64,000 nt of DNA. Source: Squalus acanthias. Taxonomy: Eukaryota. Positions 25,278-40,121 of this stretch are shown in pieces; within the stretch, counting starts at the first letter, position 1; each line of letters starts with the position of its first letter. A model generated the notes under the pieces. It was not told the DNA's origin. It saw only the letters and a program-made list of their open reading frames with translations, and did no database searches. The stretch is taken from the NCBI GenBank assembly GCA_030390025.1, contig CM059432.1, positions 56,608,001 to 56,672,000 on the forward strand, given 5' to 3'. The translations under genes and the position numbers were made by a program.

Positions 25278-26402
25278 AGGTAAAATCCTTGATAGAATTT
25301 TCCTACATCATTACATTGAGGATATGGTTGGTAAATTCATGCCTGATAGTCAGTGTGGGTTCAGAAAAGTCAGAGGTACTACTAGAAACATAGAAAAATA
25401 GGAGCAGGAGTAGGCCATTCAGCCCTTCGAGCCTGCTCCGCCATTCAATATGATCATGGCTGATCCTCTATCTCAATAGATATGATCTTAACTGTTCGGC
25501 AACTTCAAGAAAAGTGTTGAGAACAAAATTGGAGCTATACAGTACTTTTCTTGATCTCACAAAGGCCTTCAATACAGTCAGCAGAGAGGGCCTTTGGAAA
25601 CATCTGGCCAACGTTGGCTGTCCCAAAAAGTTTATCCAGATGATCCACCAGTTCCATGATGGCCAGAGTCATGGAAGATGGTGAAGTTTCCAACCCCTTC
25701 CCTGTCTCCAATGGCGTTAAACAGTGTTGTGTTCTCGCTCCCACCTTGCTTAGCAACTGGTTTGCTTCTATGCTGACTTATGCCTTCAGGAACTTGGATA
25801 AAAGGAGTGTTTCTTCGCTTCATTATGGATGGTAAATTGTACAATCTCCTTGAGTCCAAATCTAAGACCTCTGAAGAACTTGTTTGGGAGCTGCTGTTTG
25901 CTGATGACAATTTCTTGTTGCCCACACAGAAGATGATCTCTAAGTCATAATAAACCATTACTCAGATACTTGTGAGTTATATACCAGCCTGCCCCTGTAA
26001 AGCATTGTGCCACCCAATAGTACCATCGAAGGGCACAGGCTGTCTGCAGTGGGATAGATTCATCTACCTCGGAAGCACCATGTCACGTGATTCACTCCTT
26101 GATGGTGAAGTGAACCACAGATTGTTTAAAGCCAGTAGTGCTATTGGGAGGCTCCATGTGAGGTTATGGGATAAAAGGGGCATTAAACTGGCATTAAAAC
26201 TTGAGATCTACAAGGTAGTAGTTATAACATCCTTGCTGTGTGCAATAACTGGACCACGTACAGTTGCCCCAACAGAAAACACATCATTTCCACCTAGTTT
26301 GCCTCAAAGATCCTGAAAATTCGATGGTGGCACAAGATTCCTCAGAAGAGCAAATATGCTAGGCATAGAGGCAATGATAGTAACGGTGCAGCTAAGATGG
26401 AT

Positions 26403-26435
<33 letters not shown>

Positions 26436-26850
26436 GACCAAGAAGGTATTCTACGGTGAGCTGAAGCTTGGTAAACACTCTCGTGGTAGTCAGTTCAAAA
26501 AATATAAGGATTGCAAAAGACCAATCTTAAAAATTTTTTTTTTTAAAAAAGTGGCATTTCAACTGACACATGGGAGCAGGATGCCAGTGTCAGGAAAAAG
26601 TAGCAAAAGATGATTTATGATGGCATGAGAAAGCTTGAAATAAGTCATGTTCAGCTAGCCGAAGAAAATAGAGTCCAAAGGAAATCGAGAAAAAGTCAGC
26701 CTTGGATCAATCTGACATCTAATGTCCTGTGTGTGGGAAAAATATTCCAAGCAAAAATTGGACTTTACAGTCATCTGAGAACCCACAACCTGTATTAATT
26801 GGAGATGAATAATAGGCTGTCATCATTGACATCGATCGGCAAACCATGAT
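25278..26850 (+). mobile_element. Decayed RTE-clade LINE, with a ~95-bp CR1 tail inserted at ~25383-25476
   Basis: SQCGFR, DLTKAFNTVSREGLW, GVKQ, LFADD, FIYLGS and QLRWIGHL motifs, plus terminal CVGKIFQAKIGLYSHLRTH. Confidence 0.88.
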
Positions 26851-27536
26851 TTCCTCTTACACCATATGAAATGTAATTGCACATTTTTTCTTCTTCAAAT
26901 GTTGCTTAATACTTTTCAGGATTTATGTTTTTGATGGGGTAATTTTACATTATTTAATGAAAAATATACATTATACAAAAAGCAACACAAAACTTCTTTT
27001 GCTAGATCTCCAGTGTTATTGCTTATGATGATTCCAACAATGAGCTGTTTTATAAGGACTATGTTATATGATGCAATGACAGATGTATTATTCTGCTGCT
27101 GTTCCTTTTTAAGGCCTCAAAATCTGATTGCTTTTAAGTACTGTGTGAGGTTAGAGTTTAATTGCTCTTCAGGCCATAAGCATATTAGATATAACCCTGG
27201 CTTTCTTGCTCTTTAACTGTGATTGGAAAGGTCACTCAGCAGTCACAGGCATTCATGCTCCTGTGCCAAATGCCTACTGGTGTTTCTTTAAACTATTTTT
27301 CCAAGTGTGGCACAGAAATTTGAATGTGCCTCTTGAATTGTGTCGGACAAGAAGATGAGAATTATGATGACTGCAAATGCGCACTGGATGCAGTTTTTAA
27401 TGTAGGCTAGCAGATCTCAGTGGTTCTTTTATAGTAGTATGAATGTTATCAACAAAGTGTGATGGGGAAGTGTGGGCTATACACATGACTTAAAATGTAA
27501 TAGCTTTGTGTGTGTATATATGTGTGTGCATATATA

Positions 27537-27891
27537 CAGGAAACTCTTTCGTATCCGGCACCGACTGGACCGGGATGGTGCCGGTTGATTAAAAATTCCG
27601 GATAACGGAGAGGTATATCTACCGAGGCTATTTTTAACAAACAAAAATAAAAAAATCAAGAAATGTGCAGTACAATTGGGTACTCCCCGACAGAATGTTG
27701 TGTTAAATGGATGGTGGAAGATGCTTGATTAAGTACAGTAATGCCAGTTGAGGGTAATCCATAACTCTTTAATTACTTAACAGTAAAACAAAACTGATAA
27801 ACTACTGCATACTGTAGTTTTCGGAGTATGAATTCTGCCGGTTATTAGAGAATTCCGGATATTTAGGTGCCGTTTAAACGAGAGTTTCCTG
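27537..27891. mobile_element. Tc1/mariner (pogo/Tigger-like) MITE
   Basis: TA|caggaaactct...ggcacc and ggtgcc...agagtttcctg|TA, giving a ~26-bp imperfect TIR with a TA TSD. Confidence 0.85.
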
Positions 27892-28212
27892 TAATATCAA
27901 TTTATGTTGGCATATATTAACTGAAATATCTGCAAATTTTGTAAGTTCAATATAAATTTCATATTTGACTTATTTCTTCATGTATGAAGTTGATATTTAG
28001 CAATAGTTGTACATGTGAAGACAATAAGCATAAACTGCAAAATAATTGACTACTTTTTGGCTAATAGGTTTTATTTGGCTAATGACTTGACATCCTAAAT
28101 GCTGAACTATTACTTTTTTTTATATAAAAGTGGCTTGATAAGAAAAGATCTTCACCAAGAAGTCAGAAAGTTGAAATGTGTGCATATAACAAAAATGTTA
28201 ATTATTTTCTGA

Positions 28213-28872
<660 letters not shown>

Positions 28873-28876
28873 CCTT

Positions 28877-29000
28877 TCGAAAGGTCATCAACCTGAACTG
28901 TTAACTCTGTTTCTCTCTCCACAGATGCTGCCTGACCTGCTGAGTATTTCCAGCATTTTTTGTTTCTTTTCAGATTTCCAGCATACGCAGTATTTTGCTT
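28877..29000 (+). mobile_element. Penelope-like pLTR fragment, hammerhead 5' core lost
   Basis: aaaggtcatcaacctgaactgttaactctgtttctctctccacagatgctgcctgacctgctgag belongs to the same family as 2946-3042. Confidence 0.7.
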
Positions 29001-29676
29001 AACTTTTTTTCTTTCTTTGACGTTTCTCTCTATTTATTAAACCGACATTTGAATGTAGAGCAACGCTGTGAAATTTGATTATCTGGTGTGACTCATCATA
29101 ACTGAAAGTTAATCGGCAAAAAAAAACACTGCTAAAACATTGTTCCTGACTTTGTTTAAGCTTTTATCCTCCAGCCTGTTCTACCCTTTTCTTTCGAGGT
29201 TAACATTTCTGAAATCAGAGCATCATAAATGTTATCAGCATTTATTTTGTGCTATAGGAAAGATTGAATCAAAAAATCCAGAACAGAATATGTAGGACAT
29301 ATGAACACTAAATCCTACAGAATACCCATATTATTAAGTAAGTATTGTATGTATACCCGGTGCCAGGGTAAGGGATATCTCACGGAGGCTGGAGAGGAAC
29401 CTGGAAAGGGAGGGGGTAAATCCAGTTGTCGTGGTCCATGTTGGAACAAACGGCATAGGTAGGAACAGGGAGGAGGTCCTGCCGAAAGAGTATCAGGAGT
29501 TGGGATCTAAATTAAAAAGCAGGTCCTTGAGGGTAATAATCTCTGGATTATTGCCCGAGCCACGTGCAAATTGGCATAGCAGACAGATCAGGAGAATTAA
29601 CACGTGGCTAAAGGGCTGGTGTGGGAAAGAGACATTGGGACACTGGCACCAGTTCTGGGACAGGAAGGAGCTGTAC

Positions 29677-32600
29677 ATAGAAACATAGAAGATAGGAGCA
29701 GGAGTAGGCCATTCGGCCTCTCGAGCCTGTTCCGCTATTTAATGAGATCATGGCTGATCATCCAAATTCAGTACCCTGTCCCTGCTTTCTCCCCATATCC
29801 CGTGATCCCTTTAGCCTTAAGAAATATATCTAAATATATTCAAGAAGGAGTTAATGAATTGGCCTCAACTGCCTTCTGTGGTAGAGAATTCCACAGGTTC
29901 ACCACTCTCTGGGTGAAGAAAGTCCTCCTCATCTCAGTCCTAAATGGCTTACCCCTTATCCTTAGACTGTGACCCCTGGTTCTGGACTACCCCGCCATTG
30001 GGAACATCCTTCCTGCATCTTGTCTGTCTAGTCCTGTTAGAATTTTGTAAGTTTCAGTGAGATCCCCGCTCATTCTTCTAAACTCTAGCGAATATAAGCC
30101 TAATCGACCCAATCTCTCTTCATAATTCATTCCTGCCATCCCAGGTATCAGTCTGGTGAATCTTCGCTGCACTCCCTCCATGGCAAGAACATCCTTCCTC
30201 AGATAAGGCGACCAAAACTGCACACAATACTCAAGGTGTGGTCTCACCAAGGCCCTGTACAACTGCAGCAAGACATCCTTGCTCCTGTACTCGAATCCTC
30301 TCACTATGAAGGCCAACATACCATTTGCCTTCTTAACCGCCTGCTGCACCTGCATGCTTACCTTCAGCGACTGGTGCACAAGGACTCCCAGATCTCGTTG
30401 CACTTCCCCTTTTCCCAATCTATTGTCGTTCAGATAATAATCTGTCTTCCTGTTTTTGCCACCAAAGTGGATAACCTCGCATTTATCCACATTATACTGC
30501 ATCTGCCATGCATCTGCCCAATCACCCAACCTGTCCAAATCATACTGGAGTTTCTCTGCATCCTCCTCACAGCACACACGCCCACCCAGCTTTGTGTCGT
30601 CTGCAAACTTGGAGATATTACATCTAGTTCCCTCGTCTAGATCATTAATATATATTGTGAATAGCTGGGGTCCTAGCACCGATCCTTGCGGTACCCCACT
30701 AGTCACTGCCTGCCACTCGGAAAAAGACCCGTTTATTCCGACTCTTTGCTTCCTGTCTGCCAACCAGTTCTCTATCCAAGTCAGTACCTTACCCCCAATC
30801 CCATATGCTTTAACTTTGCACGCTAATCTGTTATGCGGGACCTTATCGAAAGCCTTCTGATAGTCCAAATACACCACATCCACTGGTTTTCCCTTATCTA
30901 TTCTACCAGTTACATCCTCAAAAAAATTCCAGTAGATTAGTCAAGCATGATTTACCTTTTGCAAATCCATGTTGACTTTGTCCGATCCTGTCACTGTTTT
31001 CCAATTACTCTGCTATTACATCTTTTATAATGGACTCTAGCATTTTCCCCACTACCGATGTCAGGCTTACCGGTCTATAATTCCCCGTTTTATCTCTACC
31101 ACCTTTTTTAAATAGTGGGGTTACATTAGCTACCCTCCAATCCATGGGAACTGTTCCAGAGTCTATAGAATTTTGGAAGATGACCAGCAATGCGTCTACT
31201 ATTTCTAGGGCCACTTCCTTAAGTATCCTAAGATGTAGATTATCAGGCCCTGGGGATTTATCGGCCTTCAATCTCGTCAATTTCCCTAACACCATTTCCC
31301 TACAAATACTGATTTCATTCAATTCCTCCCTCTCATTAGACCCTATGTTCCCCCGACATCTCTGGGAGGTTATTTGTGTCCTCCTTTGTGAAGACAGAAC
31401 CAAAGTATGTATTTAATTCGTCAGCCATTTCTTTGTTCCCCATTTATAAATACCCAGTCTAAGATGGCCTGATCTCTAGTTGGTTCCTCGACATATTGGT
31501 CCAGGAAACCATCCCATATACACTCTAGGAATTCCTCCTCCACAGTATTGTTACTAATTTGGTTAGCCCAATCTATATGTAGATTAAAATCACCCATGAT
31601 AACTGCTGTGCCCTTATTGTACGCGTCTCTAATTTCCCGTTTAATGCCATCCCCAACCTCAGCATTACTGTTTGGGGGTCTGTATACAACTCCCACTAAC
31701 GTTTTCTGCCCCTTGGTATTTCTCAGCTCTACCCATACAGATTATACATCATCAGAGCTAATATCCTTCCTTACTATTGTGTTAATCTCCTCTTTAACCA
31801 GCAATGCTACCCCACCTCCTTTTCCTTTTTGCCTGTCCTTCCTGAATATTGAATACCCCTGGATGTTGAATTCCCAGCCTTGGTCACCCTGGAGCCATGT
31901 CTCCGTAATCCCAATTATATCATATCCGTTTACATCTATTTGCGCAGCTAATTCATCCACCTTATTACGAATGCTCCAACCCCCTGCCATTTTAGTTTAA
32001 ACCCTCCCCAACAGCACGAGCAAACACTCCCCCTAGGACATTGGTCCCGGTCCTGCCCAGGTGCAAACCGTCCAGTTTGTACTGGTCCCACCTCCCCCAG
32101 AACCGGTTCCAATGTCCCAGGAATTTGAATCCCTCCCCCTTGCACCATTCCTCTAGCCACGTATTCATCTGAAATATCCTTCTATTTCTACTCTGGCACT
32201 GGTAGCAATCCTGAGATTACTACTTTGAGGTCCTATTTTTTTAATTTACCTCCTAACTCCCTATATTCAGCTTTTAGAACCTCATCCTGTTTTTTACCTA
32301 TATTATTGGTACCTATATGCAGCACGACAACTGGCTGTTCACCCTCCCCCTCCAGAATGCCCTGCAGCCGCCCCAAGACATCCTTGACCATTACACCAGG
32401 GAGGCAGCATACCATCCTGGAGTCTCGTTTGCGGCCGCAGAAACACCTATCTATTCCCCTTACAATAGAATCCCCTATCACTATAGCTCTCCCGCTCTTT
32501 TTCCTCCCGTCCTGTGCAGCAGAACCACCCATGGTGCCAGGAAGTTGGCTGCTGCTGCCATCTCTCCCAACAATATCCAAAGCGGTATATCTGTTTGAGA

Positions 32601-33217
32601 GGGGAATGGTCACAGGGGATCCCTGCACTACCTGCCTGCGCCTACTACTCTGCCTGGCGGTCACCCATTCCCTTCCTGCCTGTGCAGCCTTTACCTGCGG
32701 TGTGACCAACTCATCAAACATGCTATCCACGACGTCTTCAGCATTGCGAATGCTCCAGTATGTATCCATTCGCAGCTCCAGCGCTGCAATGCGGTCTGCC
32801 AGTAGCTGCAGCTGGATACACTTCCTGCACACATGGTCGTCAGGGACACAGGAAGTGTCCCTGATTTCCCACATAATGCAGGAGGAGCATGCCACGGGGC
32901 CGAGCTGTGCTACCATGACTTACCCTTTAATTAATTTAAATTAAATTCAATCAAATCAATACCACTAAATACACTACAATTAAATGATATACTCAAGGGC
33001 ACTTGTTTACTAGCATTCCCCGCTACACAACAGAGACCTTAGAAACTATAACCACAAAAATTAAGACCTCCTAAACTTTATAAACTATTAACCTTAACTG
33101 TCAAACTATAGAGTAGTATAATTACTCACCCAATCAGCTGCTTCCTCTTGCCCACGTCACCTTTTGAATCGTGACGTGACTTTGGAACGCCGCCACCGGT
33201 CTGCGAGATTGGTAAGC
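29677..33217 (-). mobile_element. Young CR1 LINE with 5'UTR, ORF1 (Zn finger/zipper plus SGNH esterase) and internally deleted ORF2
   Basis: ORF 32233-32916 has CSSC...CRKC, a leucine heptad, GDSIVRG and HIGTNN. EN at 31.45-32.0 kb. RT at 29987-30883 is near-identical to the 9246-11253 copy. Confidence 0.94.
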
Positions 33218-34488
33218 CGATGGGACAGGCTCGACCTGAACCGGGATGGGACCCGTGTCCGAGCGGAAAGGGTAAATAGGGAGGTGGCAAAGGCTTTAAA
33301 CTAGTAAGATGGGGGGAGGGATCTACAAGAAACATAACTAACCTAAATATAAACAAAACAGGAAAAGAGAGCATGGGAAAGAATAAAGTAAGGGAGGACA
33401 TTGATGGAAAGGGAATAAATAGAGTTATAGAACAGTAGTCTAAAAAGATGGTTAAGCATAAAGGGAGAGGAAATCCTATTAAAAATTAGTTAAACTGTCT
33501 GTACAGCAATGCACACAGTGTCCATGACAAAACAAGGGGAGCTGGAGGCAATCATGCGTTGTGAGGAACCAGACATAGTCGGGATTACTGAGACATGGCT
33601 ACAGAAAAATCAGGACTGGGAATTAAACATTGCAGGGTATAACATATTTAGAAAAGATCGGGAGGGAAAAAGGGGAGGTGGAGTCGCTGTACTTACTAGG
33701 GATAACATAATGGCAGTAGCAGAATGGATTGATGGCTGGCTTCAGGACAGAAAGCAGAGAGTAGAAGTACAGGGTAGCTATTCACAGTGGCAAAAGGTGG
33801 ATAGTGGTGTTCCACAAGGATCCGTGCTGGGACCATTGCAATTCACAATTTACATTAACGATTTAGACTTGCGAATCATAAACACAATTTCTAAATTTGT
33901 GGATGACACCAAATGGGGAGGAGGAGGACTGCAACAAATTACAGGAGGACATTAATAAACTTGCAGAATTGGGCATATAATTGGCAAATGAGGTTCAACA
34001 CAGATAAATGTGAGGTATTACATTTTGGTCAGAAGAATAGGGAGGTCACTTCACTTGGAGGATGCGAGTCCAGGTGGGGTCGAGGAACAAAGGGATCTAG
34101 GAATACAAATACACAAATCGCTAAAAGTTGTGACACAGGTTAGCAAGGTCATAAAAAAAGCAAACCAAGCACTCGGGTTTATTTCTAGAGGTATAGAATT
34201 GAAAAGTAGGGAAGTTATGCTCAACCTGTATCGAACCTTGGTTAGACCACACTTGGAGTACTGCGTACAATTCTGGTCGCCATATTATAAAAAAGATATA
34301 GAGGCACTGGAGAGGGTGCAGAGAAGATTTACAAGGATGATACCAGAAATGCGAGGGTATACAAATCAGGAAAGGATGAACAGGCTGGGTCTCTTTTCTC
34401 TTGAAAAAAGAAGGCTGAGGGCTGACCTAATAGAGGTCTTGAAAATTATGAAATTTTTTTATATATTGAGAATGTTTCCACTTGTGGG

Positions 34489-34683
34489 TGTAGAGATTCA
34501 TGTATCTCTGGTAAACAGGATCGAGTGCAAACCAATATGGTGGGTATATTGTGTTTAATCAGAGTTTAGGACAGAATATAACGCACTAGTAATACAGCAA
34601 AAACATACGACCGTAACAAGCAGCTTGTACCGGACCCGATCAGATAGACGGCTGGCATGCGTGAACAGTTCTCTGGCTTCTGG

Positions 34684-34743
<60 letters not shown>

Positions 34744-35601
34744 GGGCCTTCGACGGTGAGCATGGGATCACTCTCAAAAGAGCGTTCGACCAGCCCAACT
34801 TCTCTTTTTAACTTCGGTTTGGCTCTCCCTTCCACCGTCTGTGTGCTAGCCCTTGGGGTGTCACTTTTTATTCTCTCTTTAGGGGTGGGCCTGAGGCCAA
34901 GTTATTGACAAGACCATTTAACCTATAGAGGTTCCTCCAAAACTTCATCAACCAATGACAGCTTAAGTTCTTTGTCTTGGTGCTTGGATGAAAGCCCTCC
35001 CCAAGAGGGTCTCATTACTTCATCCAATTTTTCTATCTTGTTTTTACATTTTGACGGTTCCTCCATTGGAATCCATCTTATCTCTTTTTACTCTCTCCCC
35101 CTTAACCCAGCAAGTACAAGGCCTGGCCCTATCCTTCTGGCCCCAGCCAGAGCTGTCGCACATTAACCAGTCGCTATCTCACCATTCTGACCTTCATGAT
35201 TCCCTCCCCTTTTCTGCTGTGATCTTTTCTCTCAGAACTTTTAGCCAGACTTCCCATGAATTACGCTGCTTTCAGTGTTCAGTAGCTGTTGTTTTATATC
35301 TTTTTTTCCCTTTCAAAATACATCTGTGGAGATTATAATATGATTATTAGTAATGATGGAGGAAACATAGGTTGGGCCTTTACTGGCCAAATTAAAGATA
35401 CATTAACAAAGTCAAAACCCTAACTTGCAAACAACAGATAACTTGCCTGGCAGGACCATCCTGTGGGCCCCCGTGTGGAATGTTTATGTTTCACCTAGTC
35501 TAACTGATTAAAAAGACTGTCTCAAATTCTAATGCAAGCTTTCCAGGAAAACGAAACTTATCATTAAACACACTATTTTTGGGCACCCCTAGTTTCTAAC
35601 A
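34489..35601 (-). mobile_element. Solo LTR (ERV/Gypsy-type), ~1.1 kb
   Basis: TG...CA termini (tgtagaga / ttctaaca) and 4-bp TSD tggg. The host CR1 rejoins cleanly when it is removed. Orientation is tentative, from minus-strand TATA-like and AATAAA/ATTAAA motifs. Confidence 0.85.
34685..34742. repeat. (CT)n microsatellite inside the solo LTR
   Basis: Uninterrupted CT run. Confidence 0.97.
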
Positions 35602-35944
35602 TGGGGAAGAGCATAACTAGAGGCCATCAATATAAGATAGTCACCAAGAAATCCAATAGGGAATTCAGAAGAAACTTCTTTACCCAAAGAGTGGTGAAAA
35701 TGTGGAACTCGCTACCACAGGGAGTGGTTGAAGCGAATAGTATAGATGCATTTAAGGGGAGGCTGGAGAAGCATATGTGGGAAAAGGGAATAGAGGGTTA
35801 TGCTGATAGATTTAGATGAGGAAAGATGAGAGGAGGCTCGTGTGGAGCATAAACGCCGGCATGGACTGGTTGGGCCGAATGGCCTGTTTCTGTGCTGTAC
35901 ATCCTATGTAATGTACTAACATTTCTAATGTAGCATGCACTAAA

Positions 35945-38060
35945 AAACAATTACATCCATGCATACTAAAAGAAGCAAGGGTAGAGATAGCAGAGGTACT
36001 GTTATATATTTAGAAACATTCATTCGTAAAGGGGATAGTACCAGAGGGCTGTCGGACAGCTAATGTGATTCCTATATTTAAAAAGGGAGATGGAACAAGT
36101 CAAGGGAATAAACCTTGGTGTTGGTGGTAGGAAAGATGTTGGAATCTTTACTCAAAGATGTAATAGAAAAACATCTAGAACCAAAAATATAGTAAACTAT
36201 AGTATATATTTGGATTTTTAAAAGGCCTGCAATAAGGTATTGCATAGTAGACTCAAGACTAAGGTTGGAGCAAGTGGAGTCGGGGGACAATTAGCAAAAT
36301 GGATAGCAAGCTAGCTACCAAACCGCAAACAGAGAGTAGGGGTTAAAAATAGTTACTCAGACTGGTGGGAAGTGGTGTTTTTTTCAAGGATTGGTGCTGG
36401 GACCATTGTTTTTCACCATTTATATAAACGATTTGGACTCTGGAATCAGAAGTAAAATTTCAAAATTTGTGGATGACACCAAATTGGGTGGTATAGTTAA
36501 TACTGAGGAAGACTGGCATTATACAAGAAAACGTTAATAAACTTGCAGAGTGGGCGTGTAAATGGCAAATTAATTTGAATGTAGGTAAGTGTGAGGTGGT
36601 GCATTTTTGTAGGAGAAATAAAGAGGCCACATATTCCTTGGAAAATAAGTGCGAGAAATTGGGTGCCTTTGCGCCTCCCGTTAGCGCCCCCTTCGCCCAG
36701 AGATCGTGACATCATCGCCGTGCGCATTGCCCCAGTAGCGCCCTGGACCTGAAATTGACTTTTGCCTGCTGCAGCAGCACCGGTCGATAACAACGACAGC
36801 TACAGGAGGCATGCATCGGTCGGTTGGCCGCTTTGGGGGCAATGGTTAAAGGCGAGGTGGCCGAGGTAAGTTTAAAAAAAAATTACCGTTTCTCGTTGCA
36901 GTTCTTTTTGCAGGTTCCTGCCTGCGATCGATCAGTCCGACACACTGCTTGAGTGCCGGGCCAATCGTGGCAGCCTTGGTGATCCAGGTAGGTTCTCTTT
37001 ATATTGCAGAGCCTGCAGCGGTGGCCCTTCCCTTTACGGGAGGGAAGGAGCCTTTGAACGCGGCAGCGCTGCACGGCCCAGTGTGCAGCGCTGCTGAAGT
37101 CTCCGCCGCACGGCCCAGTGTGCAGCGCTGCTGAAGTCTCCGCCCTGCCTGCTGTCAATTGCGCTCCAAGAAGGAAGTGGAGCACTTGATTTAGCGCTCC
37201 ACTTCCTTCTTGGAGCGCAAAACCGAATTTTTTAAAAGTTTGGAAACATTAGCGCCTGGTGCTAATTTTCTCAACTTTTAAAGTGTTAGCCCCCCAAATG
37301 GGGCAATACCCAATTTCACCCCCTAAGAGTCGAAATGGGGTGGAGGAGCAAAGAGATTTAGGGATACAGGTTTGCAAATGATTAAAACTAGTAATACAAG
37401 TTAATAAAGCCATTAAAAAAAATGCCAACAAAGCACTGGGGTTCATTCGAAGGGAATAGAATTGTAAAGTCGAGAAGTTGTGTTATATTTGTATGGAACC
37501 TGTATTAGACCACACTTGGAGTACTGTGCACAGTTCTGGTCTCTATATTACAGAAAAGATATAGAGGCACTGGGAAGGTACAAAAAAGATTTACTAGAAT
37601 GATACCAGATCTGAGAGGTTATAAATATCAGGGAAGACTCAACAGCCGGGTGCTCTTAACTCTAGAAAAAAGAAGATTGAGGGGTGACCTAATTGAGGTT
37701 TTTAAAATTATGTAGGGGCTTGATGGGGCAGAAGTAAAGCAAATGTTTCCGCTTGTGGGCGAATCCAAAACCAGGGTTCATAAGTATAAGATAGTCACTA
37801 ATAAATCTAGTAAGAAATTCAGGATAAACCTCTTTACCCAGAGAGTGGTTAGAATGTGGAACTTGCTACAACATGGAGTAATTGAGATGAATATTACAGA
37901 TGCATTTAAGTGGAAGCTAGATAAGTACATGAACGAGAAAGGAATGGAAGGTTACTCTGATAGTTAGATGAAGTAGGCTGGGAGGAGTCTGGTGTGGGGC
38001 ATAAACCGCTTTTGGACCATTGGGCCAAATAGCCTGTTTCAGTGCTGTAAATTCTATGTA
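35945..38060 (+). mobile_element. Decayed CR1 LINE 3' part, interrupted by a MITE
   Basis: SKFVDDTK, RPHLEYCAQFWS and FTQRVVRMWN remnants, and a 3'UTR ending aattctatgta. Confidence 0.85.
36649..37323. mobile_element. Harbinger-like MITE, family A
   Basis: TAA TSD at 36646-36648 and 37324-37326. Homologous to 3689-4395. Confidence 0.88.
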
Positions 38061-38716
38061 CTGGGTGAAGGCTATTAAATTAATCACTTCCACCACCCCC
38101 CCCCCCCCGCCCCCCCACAGAATACTTTTCCCTATATATCAGAAATCTACCTTTTATGTCTAGGGTTCCATATGAGGTCTGAATTAGTTTGCCACAAATG
38201 GTCCTATGTAGCCCAGTCTGAAAGATATTTATTGAACCAGGTCTGTTGGCAACAGAATCATTCTTAAGTGAGTGCAACTTAAGTCTTACTTTCCAGAGGA
38301 AAAATGACTGATGCATGACTAACACTACTTGACGATATCTACCATACCATGATTAATACTAACCTAAAGTATGTCATCGATGTTTATGGTCAAATTAATT
38401 GATATAAATTGGCTAAGTCTAAGGGATCTTAATAGCATGAATGCACATCATTATACATGTAACAACATCGGGTTAGCTAAGCGTCTCTTTGTAACATTTG
38501 ATGTCCTAAGATTATGGTGCTTATTTGACACAGATAAGTTCACAGTCAGTATCACAGTGCTAATTGTATTCTCCCAATATTAAATCTGTATTTTGGATTA
38601 CATTTGCATCAGGTTCTTGGGTAGCAGACTGGTCGTGGCATTGGATAAGTCTCTTTCTCTTTGTGATGCTATGGTTTCCCTTCTAGATACCTCACAGCGA
38701 GCCATCCTTTGACAAT

Positions 38717-39459
38717 GGCCCAAAAATTAGTGAGTGAGCGTCCGTGCGAGGGTTAGGCTTCCCCGCGATCTCTCACTGCGCGCTGGCTTTTTTATTCCCA
38801 GCTCGCACGAACTTGATGTTCTGGACATCAGCTGTGCAGGGCTTTCGTATCCCACAGGCGCAGTTAATTCGTGCGAGCTGTGGGATCACGTGACTCAGTT
38901 AGAGCCAATGGCAGCACACCATCTTTCATTCATAGCTTTCACAGCACGGCTGTGAAAGCTATGAATACTATACCCCCCAAAAGAACAGCTAAACCTCAAT
39001 TAAATTTAAAAAATACCCCGTCACATTAATAAAATAAGTATAGTTAAATAAATTAACCACTTTAAACAAAAAATTAAATTTTTGAAAAAATTTAAAATCT
39101 TTTAAAAAGTTATAAAAATAAACTTACCTTTCTTTAAAGTCTCTAAAAAAGATATACCTGTTGAAAAAAATTCAAAATAATACTTAATTAACTACTTACC
39201 TTGTTAAAAGAGGGTCTTACGCCTCCTTTCTTTATGTGTAAAATGTTCCATGCTTACCTGCGCGTTCAAAGCACTAAGTGCACTGCGTGCGCGCAGCCTG
39301 TAGCACGCACGCGGTTCACCTAGGAACCGCCCCCTTTTGAAATCACCAAGTGCCGGTTTTCAGCGCATGCGCAGTGCATGCAGAAAACCGGCAATTGGAG
39401 ACAGAATACGCGAGAGTACACAGTGCGTACTCTCGCGTAGCGGCACTAACTTTTGGGCC
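38717..39459. mobile_element. Harbinger-like MITE, family D
   Basis: TIR ggcccaaaaattagtg / cactaacttttgggcc. Copies at 50605 and 56511. Confidence 0.88.
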
Positions 39460-39704
39460 ATTGTTTTCTTTTGACCGTTTAGCTAACCATGCCAAATCAA
39501 CTAACAGCAGTACTGTACTTTTCTCCGGACATCAAAACATACAATGTTGGTTAACTGTTGAGTACACTTTACATTTCTGTACTGTTACTCTGATCTAAAT
39601 ACAACCTTTCTGCAACTTTTTTTCTTACATCATAACCTTCCAACTTCCAAATACTTCATAAAATCTAATCTATATCTTCTAAATTTGATACAACAGCAAC
39701 AAAA

Positions 39705-40086
39705 CTCACCCTTCCCTATCTCTGTAATCTCCTCTAGCCCCACAACCAAGCCCCCCCCCCCCCCCCACCTGAGATATCTACACTCCTCTAATTCTGCCCT
39801 CTTGAGAATCCCTGATTATAATCGCTCAACTATTGGTGGCCGTGCCTTCTGTTGCCTCGGCCCTAAGCTCTGGAATTCCCTCCCTAAACCTCTCCGCCTC
39901 TCTACCTCTCTTTCCTCCTTTAAGATGCTCCTTAAAAACTACCTCTTTGACCAAGCTTTTGGTCATCTGCCCTAATTTCTCCTTATGTGGCTCAGTGTCA
40001 AATTTTTGTCTTATAATACTCCTGTGCAGCGCCTTGGGACGTTTTACTACGTTAAAGGCGCTATATAAATACAAGTTGTTGTTGTT
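39705..40086 (+). mobile_element. L2 LINE 3' end
   Basis: RSTIGGRAFCCLGPKLWNSLP...FDQAF and a (gtt)n tail. Confidence 0.88.
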
Positions 40087-40121
40087 GGAGAACTGCTACT
40101 CTGACTGAACACTGAAATTAT

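Larger units (their letters stand above)
29355..35915 (+). mobile_element. Old CR1 LINE in pieces (29355-29676, ~33218-34488, 35602-35915), split by a younger CR1 and a solo LTR
   Basis: ORF1 esterase VHVGTN...KELY resumes at ~33218. EN motif VGITETWL. The RT C-terminus resumes after the LTR. Confidence 0.85.

Noticed and set aside
32233..32916. Host SGNH esterase gene
   Set aside because: It is the known Zn-finger/esterase ORF1 of CR1 and lies directly upstream of ORF2.
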